From Eubacteriales bacterium (GTDB taxonomy: Bacteria > Bacillota > Clostridia > Oscillospirales > CAG-272): DNA of 64,000 nt. The notes below the pieces were generated by a model. It worked only from the letters and a program-made list of their open reading frames with translations, made no database searches and was not told the DNA's origin. The DNA lies in contig JAZRBV010000073.1 of the NCBI GenBank assembly GCA_045635225.1, positions 13,864 through 77,863 on the forward strand, in the 5' to 3' direction. Both the position numbers and the translations under genes were made by a program. Positions 9,280 to 18,783 of the stretch are shown here, piece by piece (the stretch's first letter is position 1; every line of letters starts with the position of its first letter).

Positions 9280-10218
9280 TTATTCTATTATCTCAAACGC
9301 TTCGTCTGCGTTAACAAAGGTATAACCCGCTTCCTTTACGAGGCGCGCCGCAAGATAGAACTTCTCGGCATAGTCCGGCTGATATGCGTAGTAGAAGGGA
9401 TAGAAATACTCCTCGTGATTGAATATTCCGAGATACGGGCTTCCGATGATTTTACCCAGAGTTTCGGGCAGTCCATCGAGAGTTTCGAGGTTGAGGCAGG
9501 CGCATCCGCCCATGGAGCAGAAGCCTATGCCGGTCTCCGCGTCGTGTATCGCCGTACCTTTTTTCCACAGTCTTCCGAAGGTCTCATCGTCAACGTGGTT
9601 GTAGGCGCAGATTGAAGAATTGATAGCGGTGTTTTTGCTGTTTCTGTTGTAGAGCATCGTTTCGGGCTTGCGGTTTTGCAGTAGCCTGAAGGAATGTCCG
9701 TAGGGAAGGATAGACGGGTCTCCGTTATATTCCTCTGTGGGTCCGTGACTTACAGATGTGAATTTAATGCCGCAATCCGCCATAGCGCGACAGCCGTCCT
9801 TACTGATCGGAAGCCAATGCGGACAGACTACGTGCGAAAGCGATTTTTCTCCGGCGAAGCGTACTATCTCGCGGTGTACCGCCTCGCAATCAGCCTTGAC
9901 GTCCTCGTAGTCGGCGTTGAGGTAAGGGTAGTCGGGGAATTCCTGCTTTGCATGGAAGGCGAATTTTAACCAATCCGAGTTTGCCTCGAATTCCGCCTTG
10001 TAGCAGTCCGGCACCTCCGAGAGTGTAAACTCGTCGCTTCCGTAGAAAAAGTCGGTGCGGTAGAATAGGTTGAGCTGTACCTTGACACCCGTCTCGTCGT
10101 GCCCCTTCTTCAGCATCCCGAAAAACGGTATGTCAAAGATCGATGCGGGCATCGTCCTCGCAAGATCTCTCATAACGAATATTGTGTCATCAATATAAAA
10201 GCAACAAATCCTTTTCAT
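9280..10218 (-). CDS. Hypothetical protein (possibly carbohydrate-active, unknown family)
   Basis: 312-aa ORF with consistent coding appearance, no TM segment and no signal peptide. I recognised no motif. Confidence 0.6.
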   Translation of the reverse strand: MKRICCFYIDDTIFVMRDLARTMPASIFDIPFFGMLKKGHDETGVKVQLNLFYRTDFFYGSDEFTLSEVPDCYKAEFEANSDWLKFAFHAKQEFPDYPYLNADYEDVKADCEAVHREIVRFAGEKSLSHVVCPHWLPISKDGCRAMADCGIKFTSVSHGPTEEYNGDPSILPYGHSFRLLQNRKPETMLYNRNSKNTAINSSICAYNHVDDETFGRLWKKGTAIHDAETGIGFCSMGGCACLNLETLDGLPETLGKIIGSPYLGIFNHEEYFYPFYYAYQPDYAEKFYLAARLVKEAGYTFVNADEAFEIIE

Positions 10219-10248
10219 AATAAATCTCCTTATCCGATATTTTAAAAA

Positions 10249-11103
10249 TCAATCCTCGTCGAGGAATGCATACCTTTTTATAAAGCTGTCCAGAGGACTC
10301 AGCACCAGCTCCTTCATATACGCCGACGGAGTCTTGCCTACGCGCTTTTTGAAAACTTTTGAGAAATAAAGCGGATCTGAAAAGCCGCAGGAGAAGGCAA
10401 TGTTTGCAACGGTGTCGTTTTTCGTCTTCATTATTTCTATAGCCTTGTTTATTCTGATCCGCGTCAGAAATTCTGTGAAGCCGATGCCGCAGTTCTTTTT
10501 TATGACAGCCGACAGATATTTCTCCGAGTAGAAATATACTCCGCTGATCTCGGATAGCGAGAGGGAGGGATTTGAATAATTTCGGTTTATGTAGTCTGTC
10601 ACCGCATCGTAGAGGTTGGTACTGTTTTTTATCGGAGCAAACTCTCCGCGCCTCACGGCTATCTCTGCAAACGCATAGTAGAGTGCCGCCTCGCTGAGGT
10701 AGTTCGCATTATTTTGATTTAGCCTGCCGACGGTCATGCTGAAAAAATCGCATACCTCGGTGAGGTTTTCTATTATCGGATCATCCTCCGTGATGCTTTG
10801 CTCGCGTAAAAACTCATCGGCACCGTCACCGTCAAACGAAATATAAATATAGGCGAAATTATCGAAATCCGATATCTCGTAATTTACACCGGGAAAGCCC
10901 CAGAATACTGTTCCTTTCCTCAGCGGGTGCTTACGATCGCCAATCTTCAGCCTTGCATAACCGTCCGTGACTACGTTCAGAAAATATGCCTTGTGGCAAA
11001 ACGGTTGCTTCAAGAGATGTATCTCCGTCTCGTAGACGAACCGCATAACGGTTATCTCGCCTCGCACCTTCTTCGGAGGCAGAAAATTGCAAATGCTTTT
11101 CAC
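10249..11103 (-). CDS. AraC family transcriptional regulator
   Basis: The C-terminus has the AraC HTH pattern (ISGVYFYSEKYLSAVIKKNCGIGFTEFLTRIRINKAIEIM...FSCGFSDPLYFSKVFKKRVGKTPSAY). The N-terminus is cupin-like. GTG start with RBS aaaggag. Confidence 0.88.
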   Translation of the reverse strand: MKSICNFLPPKKVRGEITVMRFVYETEIHLLKQPFCHKAYFLNVVTDGYARLKIGDRKHPLRKGTVFWGFPGVNYEISDFDNFAYIYISFDGDGADEFLREQSITEDDPIIENLTEVCDFFSMTVGRLNQNNANYLSEAALYYAFAEIAVRRGEFAPIKNSTNLYDAVTDYINRNYSNPSLSLSEISGVYFYSEKYLSAVIKKNCGIGFTEFLTRIRINKAIEIMKTKNDTVANIAFSCGFSDPLYFSKVFKKRVGKTPSAYMKELVLSPLDSFIKRYAFLDED

Positions 11104-11282
11104 GTCGGTATGCTCCTTTCTTCGGAACTTTCATTAATAGTATATCGAAAAAATATACGCAAGTCAACGGCTCACCGCATCCTTTGGGGAATTTTCCATA
11201 TTTTTTCGCGAAATTCCATTTACATACCGCGCAAAGAATGCTAAACTTGATATATAAACTCTTATTGATAAAGGAGCAACGT

Positions 11283-12353
11283 ATGAAAATAAGGCTTGGT
11301 ATACTCGGTGCTTACAGAGGCTTTGGGATAACCAACGGCTGCCGTAGCGACGATGACTTTGAGGTATATGCCGTTTGTGATAAAAATAAAGAGCGACTTG
11401 ATTCCGCAATGAAAACGCTGGCGGAGGAGGGAAAAACCTCGGTGCTTGCCTTTTCCGATTACGAGCAGATGCTTGCGAGTGATATCGATGCCGTTCTCGT
11501 TGCAACCGACGCACCCCTGCACGTGAAGCATACTTTGATGGCACTTGAGGCAGGGAAGCACGTGCTCTCCGAAATACCCACCATATACTCGCTCGAGGAG
11601 GCTAAGATACTTAAGGATGCGGTAAACGCACATCCCGAGCTCAAATATATGACGGCGGAGAATTGCTGCTTCTGGGAAAACATCCGTTCTATGAAGAGAA
11701 TGTATGAGGATGGCAAGCTCGGCACCGTAGTATATGCCGAGAGCGAATACCTGCATTGCGAGAAAACGCCCGAGGAATATAAGCCCTACGCCGATCCCGA
11801 TTATTGGAGAGCACACCTTCCGGCAATCAGGTACCTTACCCACAATCTCGGCCCGCTTCTCTATATCCTTGACGACGAGGTGGAGACGGTGAGCTGCTAC
11901 GTGCCCGACTTCGATCAGAATAAATACAAGAGCGAAAAGGGAGTAGGAATAGCACTATTCAAAACAAAGAAGGGCGCTGTCATTCGCATCTTCATCTGCT
12001 TCGGTGGATACGTTGGCTGTGATCACAACTTTGCTCTCTACGGCTCACACGGAATGGTACAGACTGATAAGGTCAAGGAGCTGGAGGATAAGCACCTCTT
12101 TGTAAAGCTCTCCGAATTTCCCGAGAGCCGTAAGGCGGCTATCGAGATTCCTGTTAAAATATCGTCAAACGACGGTGCCACGGGACACGGTGGTGCTGAT
12201 GCGAAGATGCTGCGCGAGTTTATCAGGTGTATAAAGGAGGATAGGAAGCCTACTCTCGACGTAGACTTCGGTATTAAAATTTCTCTCCCCGGTATTATTG
12301 CCGAGCAATCCTATAAGAACGGAAACGCATCACTCGCGATCCCGAAAATATAA
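11283..12353 (+). CDS. Gfo/Idh/MocA family oxidoreductase
   Basis: MKIRLGILGAYRGFG is a Rossmann-fold start. Start chosen at ATG 11283 (RBS aaaggag 6 nt upstream) rather than the ORF-track start at 11184. Confidence 0.8.
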   Translation: MKIRLGILGAYRGFGITNGCRSDDDFEVYAVCDKNKERLDSAMKTLAEEGKTSVLAFSDYEQMLASDIDAVLVATDAPLHVKHTLMALEAGKHVLSEIPTIYSLEEAKILKDAVNAHPELKYMTAENCCFWENIRSMKRMYEDGKLGTVVYAESEYLHCEKTPEEYKPYADPDYWRAHLPAIRYLTHNLGPLLYILDDEVETVSCYVPDFDQNKYKSEKGVGIALFKTKKGAVIRIFICFGGYVGCDHNFALYGSHGMVQTDKVKELEDKHLFVKLSEFPESRKAAIEIPVKISSNDGATGHGGADAKMLREFIRCIKEDRKPTLDVDFGIKISLPGIIAEQSYKNGNASLAIPKI

Positions 12354-12360
12354 AAATAAA

Positions 12361-12395
12361 AATCGCCCGATCAGTCAGTATCGGGCGATTTTTTG
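12361..12395. terminator. Hairpin terminator between convergent genes
   Basis: aatcgcccga / tcgggcgatt, a perfect 10-bp stem, followed by TTTTTT. Confidence 0.75.
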
Positions 12396-12420
12396 TATCA
12401 ATAAGTAAACTAAACTTTAC

Positions 12421-12744
12421 TTATTTAAGGAAATCCGCTCTCATAGGAGTGAATATGTCGAGAAGCGCGCCTGCCTCGAGGCATACTACGCCGTGGGGGG
12501 CGTCGGGCGGTGTGATGTATGTATCACCCTTTGCGATAACGGTGGTCTCGCCATTGATCGTAGCCTCGAACTTACCCTCGAGCACGTAGGAGATCTGTGT
12601 GTGCGGATGGGTGTGCATCGAGCCTACCGCACCCTTCTCAAATCTTACCTCAACCGACATAAGGTTCTCGTCATATGCGAGTATCTTTCTCGATACACCG
12701 CCGCCGAGCTCGGTGAGCTTGATATCATCATTTTTTACGAACAT
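12421..12744 (-). CDS. Small cupin, KdgF-like (unsaturated uronate processing)
   Basis: 107 aa. GSMHTHPHTQISYVLEGKFE...GDTYITPPDAPHG contains cupin motifs 1 and 2. Size and sequence pattern resemble KdgF as I recall it. RBS gggagg. Confidence 0.65.
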   Translation of the reverse strand: MFVKNDDIKLTELGGGVSRKILAYDENLMSVEVRFEKGAVGSMHTHPHTQISYVLEGKFEATINGETTVIAKGDTYITPPDAPHGVVCLEAGALLDIFTPMRADFLK

Positions 12745-12835
12745 TGGAATAGTCCTCCCTTGATTGTTTCTTTTCTACATTATATCAAATGTTCACGCAA
12801 AAATCAATACTCGAAATATAAAAATTAAAAAAGCC

Positions 12836-12864
12836 TTGACAAATTATATCCTCTGTGCTATAAT
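12836..12864 (+). promoter_or_regulatory. Consensus sigma-A promoter
   Basis: TTGACA (12836-12841), 17 nt, TATAAT (12859-12864), upstream of CDS 12908. Confidence 0.65.
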
Positions 12865-12907
12865 TCCTCTCGCTTGAATAAAAAATGACACCCGAAAGGA
12901 CACCGAA

Positions 12908-13498
12908 ATGATTGAATTTCTTCAGGAAACCGTTGATTACATAATTGCGATATATACAACCTGCTTCGCTATCGCAGGCATGCAGTTCAAGGATATGAGA
13001 ATGATCATCGTATCCCAGATAGCAGCTAACGGCCTTCTCGCCGCACAGGCTATACTCGGCGGTACTGCATCCGCTAGCGGCATTATCTTCCTCGCTATAG
13101 TGCAGACTATTATCAGCTTCGTCTTCACCGCTAAGAAAAAGGATTTCCCGATGTGGCTGACTCTTATCTTTGCGATAGGCTTCACCGTGATCACCGTGAT
13201 CTATTTCACTAACGCCTTTGATATTCTCGTCTGCGTTGCGGCGTGGTTCTTCGCTATTGCAATAGTTCAGAAAAACTCTGCGGTATGCCGCCTCTATTCC
13301 GCGATCAACACCGCGCTCTGGCTCATCTACGACATATTCGTTATGCCCTCAGGCAGGATCAATCACACCATCATTCTTTGCTTTATCATCGTGGCTATCA
13401 TTCGCCTCGACAGAGCGGAGTGGCGCGGTATGGGTCTCATCAAGACTGCCGCACGCGATCTTGTCAGTGGCATCAAGAATACCTTCAAGAAAGCGTAA
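12908..13498 (+). CDS. Small polytopic membrane protein (YgjV-like)
   Basis: 196 aa with 5-6 hydrophobic helices. RBS aaagga. Family assignment is tentative. Confidence 0.6.
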   Translation: MIEFLQETVDYIIAIYTTCFAIAGMQFKDMRMIIVSQIAANGLLAAQAILGGTASASGIIFLAIVQTIISFVFTAKKKDFPMWLTLIFAIGFTVITVIYFTNAFDILVCVAAWFFAIAIVQKNSAVCRLYSAINTALWLIYDIFVMPSGRINHTIILCFIIVAIIRLDRAEWRGMGLIKTAARDLVSGIKNTFKKA

Positions 13499-13633
13499 TA
13501 CCCGCATTTTCTCGACACGGTACCCCATATACGGCGGTACCGTGTCGCGCTTTTTACCAAAATATTATCCGCTATTGCATTTTTTGCCATTTTGTGATAT
13601 ACTCTAATCAACGTTTATCTAAGGAGACTGCAT

Positions 13634-14848
13634 ATGAAGCTTATATTTATCATTATGATCTTACTCAGCAGTGCGTACTCCCTGATCCTTAACCTCACAC
13701 GGCGTCGCTCTGCATCTAATCCTACACCGAAAAACGTATCCGACGTTTACGATGCCGAAACCTACGCGCGCTGGAAGAACTACAGCGGCGAGCATTGTAC
13801 CCTCGACCTTGTCGGCGACCTCGTATCCTATGCCGTTATGCTGACGCTTATAATTACCGACGCGTTTGCCGCATTTTCCTCGCTATTTCCCTCGGGTGAT
13901 GTATGGCAGATACTTTCCGTTATGATCATCGACACCGCGATCAGTATCGTGGTGACGACCGTGTTCAGCTACGTCAGCACGATGATCATCGAGCAGAAAT
14001 ACGGCTTTAACAAATCCACTCTTCGCACCTTTATTGCGGATAGAATACGCAACGTAATATTAGGCTTTGTTTTGAACTTTGGTATCGCGTGGCTCATCTA
14101 CGTAACGCATAGTTGGCTCGGCGATATGATGATAATCCTCTTTACCGCAATCGTCTTTGTTATAACCCTGTTTATCTCATTCTTGTACCCTCTCTTCAGT
14201 AGGCTTTCGAACAAATTTACTCCTCTCCCCGAGGGTGAGCTTCGCACGAGACTGCTTGAGCTTCTCACGAAGCACGGTTATACTGTAAAGGAGATAGAAG
14301 TGATGGACGCATCGCGCCGCACCACGAAGCTCAACGCATACTTCACGGGCTTTGGAAAATCAAAGCGCATAGTTCTCTATGATAATTTGGTTGAGAATAT
14401 GTCCACTGACGAGATATGTGCGGTATTTGCACACGAGCTCGGTCACGGACTCCACCGTGACGTGCTTAAGAGTCAGCTTCTCAACGTCCTGAATCTCTCC
14501 GTGATAGCCGTCGTCGCTTGGCTTATCGTGCGTGATCCCACACTTTACACCTCCTTTGGATACGAGGGTGTAAATTACGGCTTCGCCTATATACTCATCA
14601 GCATAGCGCTTGGTATGTCCTCGCCTATTCTCGGTATGCTGATCAACGCGCGCAGCCGTGTCGCCGAATACCGTGCCGACAAGCAGGCGGTTGTCGAAGG
14701 CTACGGTCCTGCAATGATCACCGCGCTCAAGCTGCTCGCCAGAGAGAATTTCTCCAACCTCTCCCCCTCACGCCTTAACGTTGTTATGGAATACAGTCAC
14801 CCGCCGCTCGCCGAGCGTATCGCCGCAATTGAGCAAAATATAGAGTGA
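13634..14848 (+). CDS. M48 family zinc metalloprotease (Ste24/HtpX-like)
   Basis: HELGHGLHRD (HExxH) follows multiple TM helices, and EYRAD lies downstream. RBS taaggag. Confidence 0.85.
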   Translation: MKLIFIIMILLSSAYSLILNLTRRRSASNPTPKNVSDVYDAETYARWKNYSGEHCTLDLVGDLVSYAVMLTLIITDAFAAFSSLFPSGDVWQILSVMIIDTAISIVVTTVFSYVSTMIIEQKYGFNKSTLRTFIADRIRNVILGFVLNFGIAWLIYVTHSWLGDMMIILFTAIVFVITLFISFLYPLFSRLSNKFTPLPEGELRTRLLELLTKHGYTVKEIEVMDASRRTTKLNAYFTGFGKSKRIVLYDNLVENMSTDEICAVFAHELGHGLHRDVLKSQLLNVLNLSVIAVVAWLIVRDPTLYTSFGYEGVNYGFAYILISIALGMSSPILGMLINARSRVAEYRADKQAVVEGYGPAMITALKLLARENFSNLSPSRLNVVMEYSHPPLAERIAAIEQNIE

Positions 14849-14901
14849 CATCCATCGGCGCCGCAAATTTTACGGCGCCGATATCTTTTTTTAAAAAACT
14901 A

Positions 14902-14930
14902 TTGCAATTTTCTTTATTTTGGTATATAAT
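14902..14930 (+). promoter_or_regulatory. Sigma-A promoter of the serS T-box leader
   Basis: TTGCAA (14902-14907), 17 nt, TATAAT (14925-14930). Confidence 0.65.
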
Positions 14931-14939
14931 AATTCACGT

Positions 14940-15175
14940 AATAAAAATATACGTTGACGGAAGAATATTTCGACGCAGTCCTACGTAGAGAGCTCGCGGG
15001 TGGTGAAAGCGGGCAGGGCGGTCGGCTTTCCGCTTCCCGAGTATTCGGCGATGAGCCGAGGGCTGTCCTCCCTTATAGGGATATCGAGCGGTGCACTGTA
15101 CGTGCGCAATTTGGGTGGCAACACGGAGCTTTTCGTCCCATTTATCCTAGGGACAGAGCCCCGTTTTTTTGTTTG
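14940..15175 (+). promoter_or_regulatory. T-box riboswitch leader (tRNA-Ser sensing) with terminator
   Basis: Conserved T-box sequence AATTTGGGTGGCAACACGG at 15108-15126. An AGAGA/GTGAAAG-type stem I start lies at about 14988-15010. The terminator stem ends in a T7 run (15164-15170). It sits directly upstream of serS. UCC codon candidates occur at about 15029-15037; the specifier was not resolved. Confidence 0.85.
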
Positions 15176-15201
15176 ATAAATAATTTTTAAGGAGATAAAA
15201 A

Positions 15202-16491
15202 ATGATCGACATCAGATTTTTACGTGAGAATCCCGATCTCGTTCGTGAGAACATCAGAAAGAAGTTTCAGGACTCCAAGCTTCCTCTTGTTGACGAGGTG
15301 ATCGCACTCGACGAGGAGCTTCGCCAGAACAAGAAGAGAGCAGATGACCTCAGAGCTAACAGAAACAAGCTCTCCAAGTCTATCGGTGCCCTTATGGGTC
15401 AGAAGAAGCTTGCCGAGGCAGAGGAGGTCAAAAAGCAGGTAGCAGAGCAGGCGGCAGAGCTTGCAAAATGCGAGGAGCTCGAGGGCGAGCTCAACGAGAA
15501 GGTCACCAAGATTATGATGACCATTCCCAACATTATTGACGACACCGTTCCGATCGGTAAGGACGATAGCGAGAACGTTGAGGTGGAGAGATACGGCGAA
15601 CCCGTGACTCCCGACTTCGAGATCCCCTATCACACCGATATTATGGAACGCTTTGCGGGAATCGACCTCGACAGCGCGCGCCGTGTTGCAGGTAACGGCT
15701 TCTATTATCTTATGGGCGATATAGCGCGCCTTCACTCCGCTGTCATCTCCTACGCACGCGACTTTATGATCGGCCGCGGCTTCACCTATTGCGTACCTCC
15801 CTTTATGATCCGCTCGAGCGTTGTTACCGGCGTTATGTCCTTTGCTGAGATGGATGCTATGATGTATAAGATAGAGGGCGAGGATCTCTACCTCATCGGT
15901 ACCTCCGAGCACTCTATGATCGGTAAGTTCATCGATCAGATCATTCCCGAGGCAGAGCTCCCCTATACTCTCACCTCCTACTCCCCCTGCTTCCGTAAGG
16001 AGAAGGGCGCACACGGAATCGAGGAGCGCGGCGTATATCGCATCCACCAGTTCGAGAAGCAGGAGATGATCGTAGTATGTAAGCCCGAGGACTCTAAGGC
16101 TTGGTTTGACAAGCTCTGGCAGAATACCGTCGACCTCTTCCGCACTCTTGACATTCCCGTCAGAACTCTCGAGTGCTGCTCGGGTGACCTCGCTGACCTC
16201 AAGGTTAAGTCTATCGACGTCGAGGCTTGGTCTCCGAGACAGCAGAAGTACTTCGAGGTAGGCTCTTGCTCCAACCTCGGTGATGCTCAGGCACGCAGAC
16301 TCAAGATCAGAGTGAAGGGTAACGACGGCAAGCCTTACCTTGCACACACCCTCAACAACACCGTTGTTGCTCCTCCCAGAATGCTTATCGCCTTCCTTGA
16401 AAACAATCTCAACGAGGATGGCAGTGTGAATATCCCCGTAGCTCTCCGTCCCTATATGGGCGGTACTGAGAAGCTCGTTCCTAAGAAATGA
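15202..16491 (+). CDS. serS: Seryl-tRNA synthetase
   Basis: 429 aa. N-terminal coiled-coil MIDIRFLRENPDLVRENIRKK, then class II motifs (FRKEKGAHG..., GSCSNLGDAQARR, HTLNNTVVA). Confidence 0.95.
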   Translation: MIDIRFLRENPDLVRENIRKKFQDSKLPLVDEVIALDEELRQNKKRADDLRANRNKLSKSIGALMGQKKLAEAEEVKKQVAEQAAELAKCEELEGELNEKVTKIMMTIPNIIDDTVPIGKDDSENVEVERYGEPVTPDFEIPYHTDIMERFAGIDLDSARRVAGNGFYYLMGDIARLHSAVISYARDFMIGRGFTYCVPPFMIRSSVVTGVMSFAEMDAMMYKIEGEDLYLIGTSEHSMIGKFIDQIIPEAELPYTLTSYSPCFRKEKGAHGIEERGVYRIHQFEKQEMIVVCKPEDSKAWFDKLWQNTVDLFRTLDIPVRTLECCSGDLADLKVKSIDVEAWSPRQQKYFEVGSCSNLGDAQARRLKIRVKGNDGKPYLAHTLNNTVVAPPRMLIAFLENNLNEDGSVNIPVALRPYMGGTEKLVPKK

Positions 16492-17147
16492 GACGACCCG
16501 AGCTCGTAATTATAGCAGGTCCCTCTGCGGTCGGCAAGACCACGATCGCCCACGCTATATTGAAGCTCGATCCGCGCTTCGAGTTCGTTCGCTCCGTCAC
16601 CACGAGAGCAAAGCGCGGAGACTCCTTTGACGACGAGTATCTCTATATCACCCGCGAGGAGTTCCTTGCGCTTATCCCCGTGCGCGGAGTACTTGAGCAC
16701 ACCGAGTATGCAGGTGCGCTCTACGGCACGCCCCGCTCCGAGGTCGAGCGCATTACCGGAGAGGGCAGGATACCACTCCTCGTCCTTGACACCAACGGTG
16801 TCGAGAGTGTATCGGCAATCGACGACATCGCCACCTGCGGAGTCTACGTATACGACGATATCAACGTTATGGAGGAACGCCTCTACGCGCGCTTCCTCGG
16901 TGATAAACCCACCGTCGAGGGGCTGAAAAAGTTCTCCTCGCGCAAGGATCAGAACGTCGCAGACTATAAGCGTATACACAGCTTTGCCCCCGCCTTCTAC
17001 GATTTTATCGAGAATGACGGCACCGTCGAGGATGCGGCACACAACGTCATCAAAACCTACGAGGACTTCTCACGCGGCACATCTCGCGATGACGCGAAAA
17101 TTGCCGAAATCGTGACACGGCTATATACTTCCGTTGCGGATAAGTAA
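16488..17147 (+). CDS. Guanylate kinase-like P-loop kinase
   Basis: IIAGPSAVGKTT is a P-loop, and EYAGALYGTP is the Gmk-type motif. Its ATG overlaps the serS TGA (ATGA). Confidence 0.7.
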   Translation: MRRPELVIIAGPSAVGKTTIAHAILKLDPRFEFVRSVTTRAKRGDSFDDEYLYITREEFLALIPVRGVLEHTEYAGALYGTPRSEVERITGEGRIPLLVLDTNGVESVSAIDDIATCGVYVYDDINVMEERLYARFLGDKPTVEGLKKFSSRKDQNVADYKRIHSFAPAFYDFIENDGTVEDAAHNVIKTYEDFSRGTSRDDAKIAEIVTRLYTSVADK

Positions 17148-17163
17148 ATTATAGTTGACATTA

Positions 17164-17200
17164 AAAAGCTACACCGATCGCTATGGTCAGTGTAGCTTTT
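17164..17200. terminator. Bidirectional hairpin terminator
   Basis: aaaagctacac / gtgtagctttt, an 11-bp stem between convergent genes. Confidence 0.7.
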
Positions 17201-17220
17201 CATTATATATTTTAATTTTG

Positions 17221-18342
17221 TCAAAATCCCGTGCAATCTGCACATACGTACCAGCCGTCGCCGTCATCGTGACAGACGACGTATACTTTCCGTAATCCAC
17301 CCGTGCTGAATCCGTAGGTCTTCTTGATTCTCTTGATGCCCGACGAGGTCGTTACAACGGAATCAACAGAGTTTAGCCTTATTTTATCCGGGTCGACACC
17401 CAACCTCTCGAGCTCATCGCTCTCGATGAGATATGAGTAGGCCATTTTATATTCGTCGGTCTCTGTCTCGTTCTTCAGCACGCCGAGCGTTATAGCAAAT
17501 ATACCTCCGATCAGTATCGCGAGCGCGACTGCTCCTGCGCATATCAGAATGATCGCCGTGCGCTTGTTTTTTCTTGCGTTTTCAGTTTGCTTTGTCGGAT
17601 ACTGATTGATTGTATTCACCATTTCCTCGAGCGGCTCTGTTTTCGTTGTGTTCTCTATGTCCTTCTTCGACACCACGACGGTGTTAGCAAGCTGGTCGCC
17701 GATGGATCTTCCGGATGCTATCATCACCACGCCGTCGATATACACGAGAAAGAATAAAAGGCTCCTGAGTATCAGCTGATACCGCATTGCATTGCATCCG
17801 GTCTGCTTGTTCAGCACGACGAGACCGCATATCCTTTTTCCAATTGATCTGCCGCATAGAAGAAAATCACGCAGAATAAAGAGCACGGGATAGAGCAACA
17901 TAATGCCAAGCATCGCGACGGTGGATAGCGTGCTATCCGCGCCTGTAGGAACGAGTGCGGCAACTAAACCAAGCAGTATCAGATCAAAGAGACCTATTAT
18001 ATTCCAATCAAGAACCCACGCTATTATACGCCGTATCTTCGTACCCGCATCGTTATATAACTCTATGCGTCTTAAATATTCATACCGTGCATTCAGTTCA
18101 CGAATCGCGTCGGGGTCGGGAGTCTCTCCGTCTATTCTGTGCCCCGCCATCAGCTCCTCGGGCGTTACCCCGAGTATTTGTGCAAGTGCGAATAATATGT
18201 TCACCCTCGGTTTTGACGTGCCGTTTTCCCATTTTGACACAGCCGCTACGGTAACACCGAGCTGTGACGCAATTTGTGCCTGCGTCAGTCCCCTCTCCTC
18301 GCGGAGTCGGCATACGAAATTCCCAAAATTATAATCGTTCAT
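17221..18342 (-). CDS. XRE-family HTH regulator fused to an RDD-like membrane domain
   Basis: MNDYNFGNFVCRLREERGLTQAQIASQLGVTVAAVSKWENG is an HTH_3 pattern, followed by multiple TM helices. Start chosen at ATG 18342 (RBS agagg) rather than 18384. Confidence 0.8.
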   Translation of the reverse strand: MNDYNFGNFVCRLREERGLTQAQIASQLGVTVAAVSKWENGTSKPRVNILFALAQILGVTPEELMAGHRIDGETPDPDAIRELNARYEYLRRIELYNDAGTKIRRIIAWVLDWNIIGLFDLILLGLVAALVPTGADSTLSTVAMLGIMLLYPVLFILRDFLLCGRSIGKRICGLVVLNKQTGCNAMRYQLILRSLLFFLVYIDGVVMIASGRSIGDQLANTVVVSKKDIENTTKTEPLEEMVNTINQYPTKQTENARKNKRTAIILICAGAVALAILIGGIFAITLGVLKNETETDEYKMAYSYLIESDELERLGVDPDKIRLNSVDSVVTTSSGIKRIKKTYGFSTGGLRKVYVVCHDDGDGWYVCADCTGF

Positions 18343-18524
18343 TATGTAACCTCTGTTTATATATGCGTATATTTTGAGCGACACGGTGCGTGTCCCTTAG
18401 CTAGATTATAACCGAACTACTTGTGAAAGTCAACGGTAATCGTATTGAATATTAGTTGAAATTGCTTTTAAAAGCTCATTTTATTACGGAAGTAAACGAT
18501 TATTTACATTATAAAAGGCTACAT

Positions 18525-18783
18525 CTACGGCTCAAATGCGGACCTACATCCCGCGCGATGCGCGTGATAGGTCGAATCCAAGGATACCCACAGACAAAAA
18601 TACAGCCACCCGAGTGGGTGTGGTAGCAGGGTATTCGCCGGTGGCGAATATTTTTCGCCGAGCCTTTCGTGAGCTAGCTCCCGTCGGCTTCGGCTCAAAT
18701 GCGGACCTACATCCCGCGCGGTGCGCGGGATAGGTCGAATCCTAAGCTATCCACAGACAAAAATACAGCCACCCGAGTGGGTG
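18525..18783. repeat. Imperfect tandem duplication (2 x 96 nt, period 163 bp) downstream of tRNA-Gln
   Basis: 18525-18620 versus 18688-18783 differ at about 7 of 96 positions. Each unit holds a long quasi-palindrome (ggacctacat cccgcgc...gcgcggg ataggtc) and the right half of the tRNA terminator hairpin. The distal copy is followed by a tRNA-Gln 3'-end remnant (18621-18638). Confidence 0.85.

Noticed and set aside
11184-11282. N-terminal extensions proposed by the ORF track (11184 for the oxidoreductase; similarly 36945, 36960, 46024, 58021, 18384, 22737, 31634 and 60499).
   Set aside because: In each case an internal ATG preceded by a strong GGAGG-like RBS at 5-9 nt coincides with the start of recognisable homology. 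The upstream extensions lack an RBS or begin at the first in-frame start codon of an open stretch.
13243-13692. 149-aa ORF overlapping the end of the YgjV-like gene and the start of the M48 protease gene.
   Set aside because: It is an alternative frame of two well-supported genes plus their intergenic terminator. The translation is Arg/His/Ser-rich and there is no RBS.
15220-16347. 375-aa ORF antisense to serS. Similar long antisense ORFs lie at 48946-50316 (opposite pgk), 59078-60226 (opposite the ABC ATPase), 60631-61545, 46687-47460, 22806-23531 and 50202-50993.
   Set aside because: Each lies entirely opposite a gene with unmistakable conserved motifs. The translations are low-complexity (Leu/Val/Gly/Ser-rich) with no RBS or motifs. 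These are typical shadow ORFs produced by codon bias.
18671-18700. Apparent relatives of the 50305/50415 hairpin element at the tRNA-Gln locus (gctcccgtcggcttcggctc) and, inverted, at 40996-41040.
   Set aside because: Shared identity is limited to about 10-nt blocks (cggcttcggc) plus gapped short matches. By rough expectation, exact 10-mer matches are common by chance in 64 kb. This is not enough to claim a dispersed family without a proper search.
18525-18783. Possible CRISPR array or tRNA gene pair at the tRNA-Gln downstream repeats. ORF 18536-18733 also lies here.
   Set aside because: There are only two long (96-nt) imperfect units and no short-repeat/unique-spacer periodicity. The units do not fold into a cloverleaf: no acceptor stem or anticodon arm could be drawn. 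The ORF is an artefact of the repeat.
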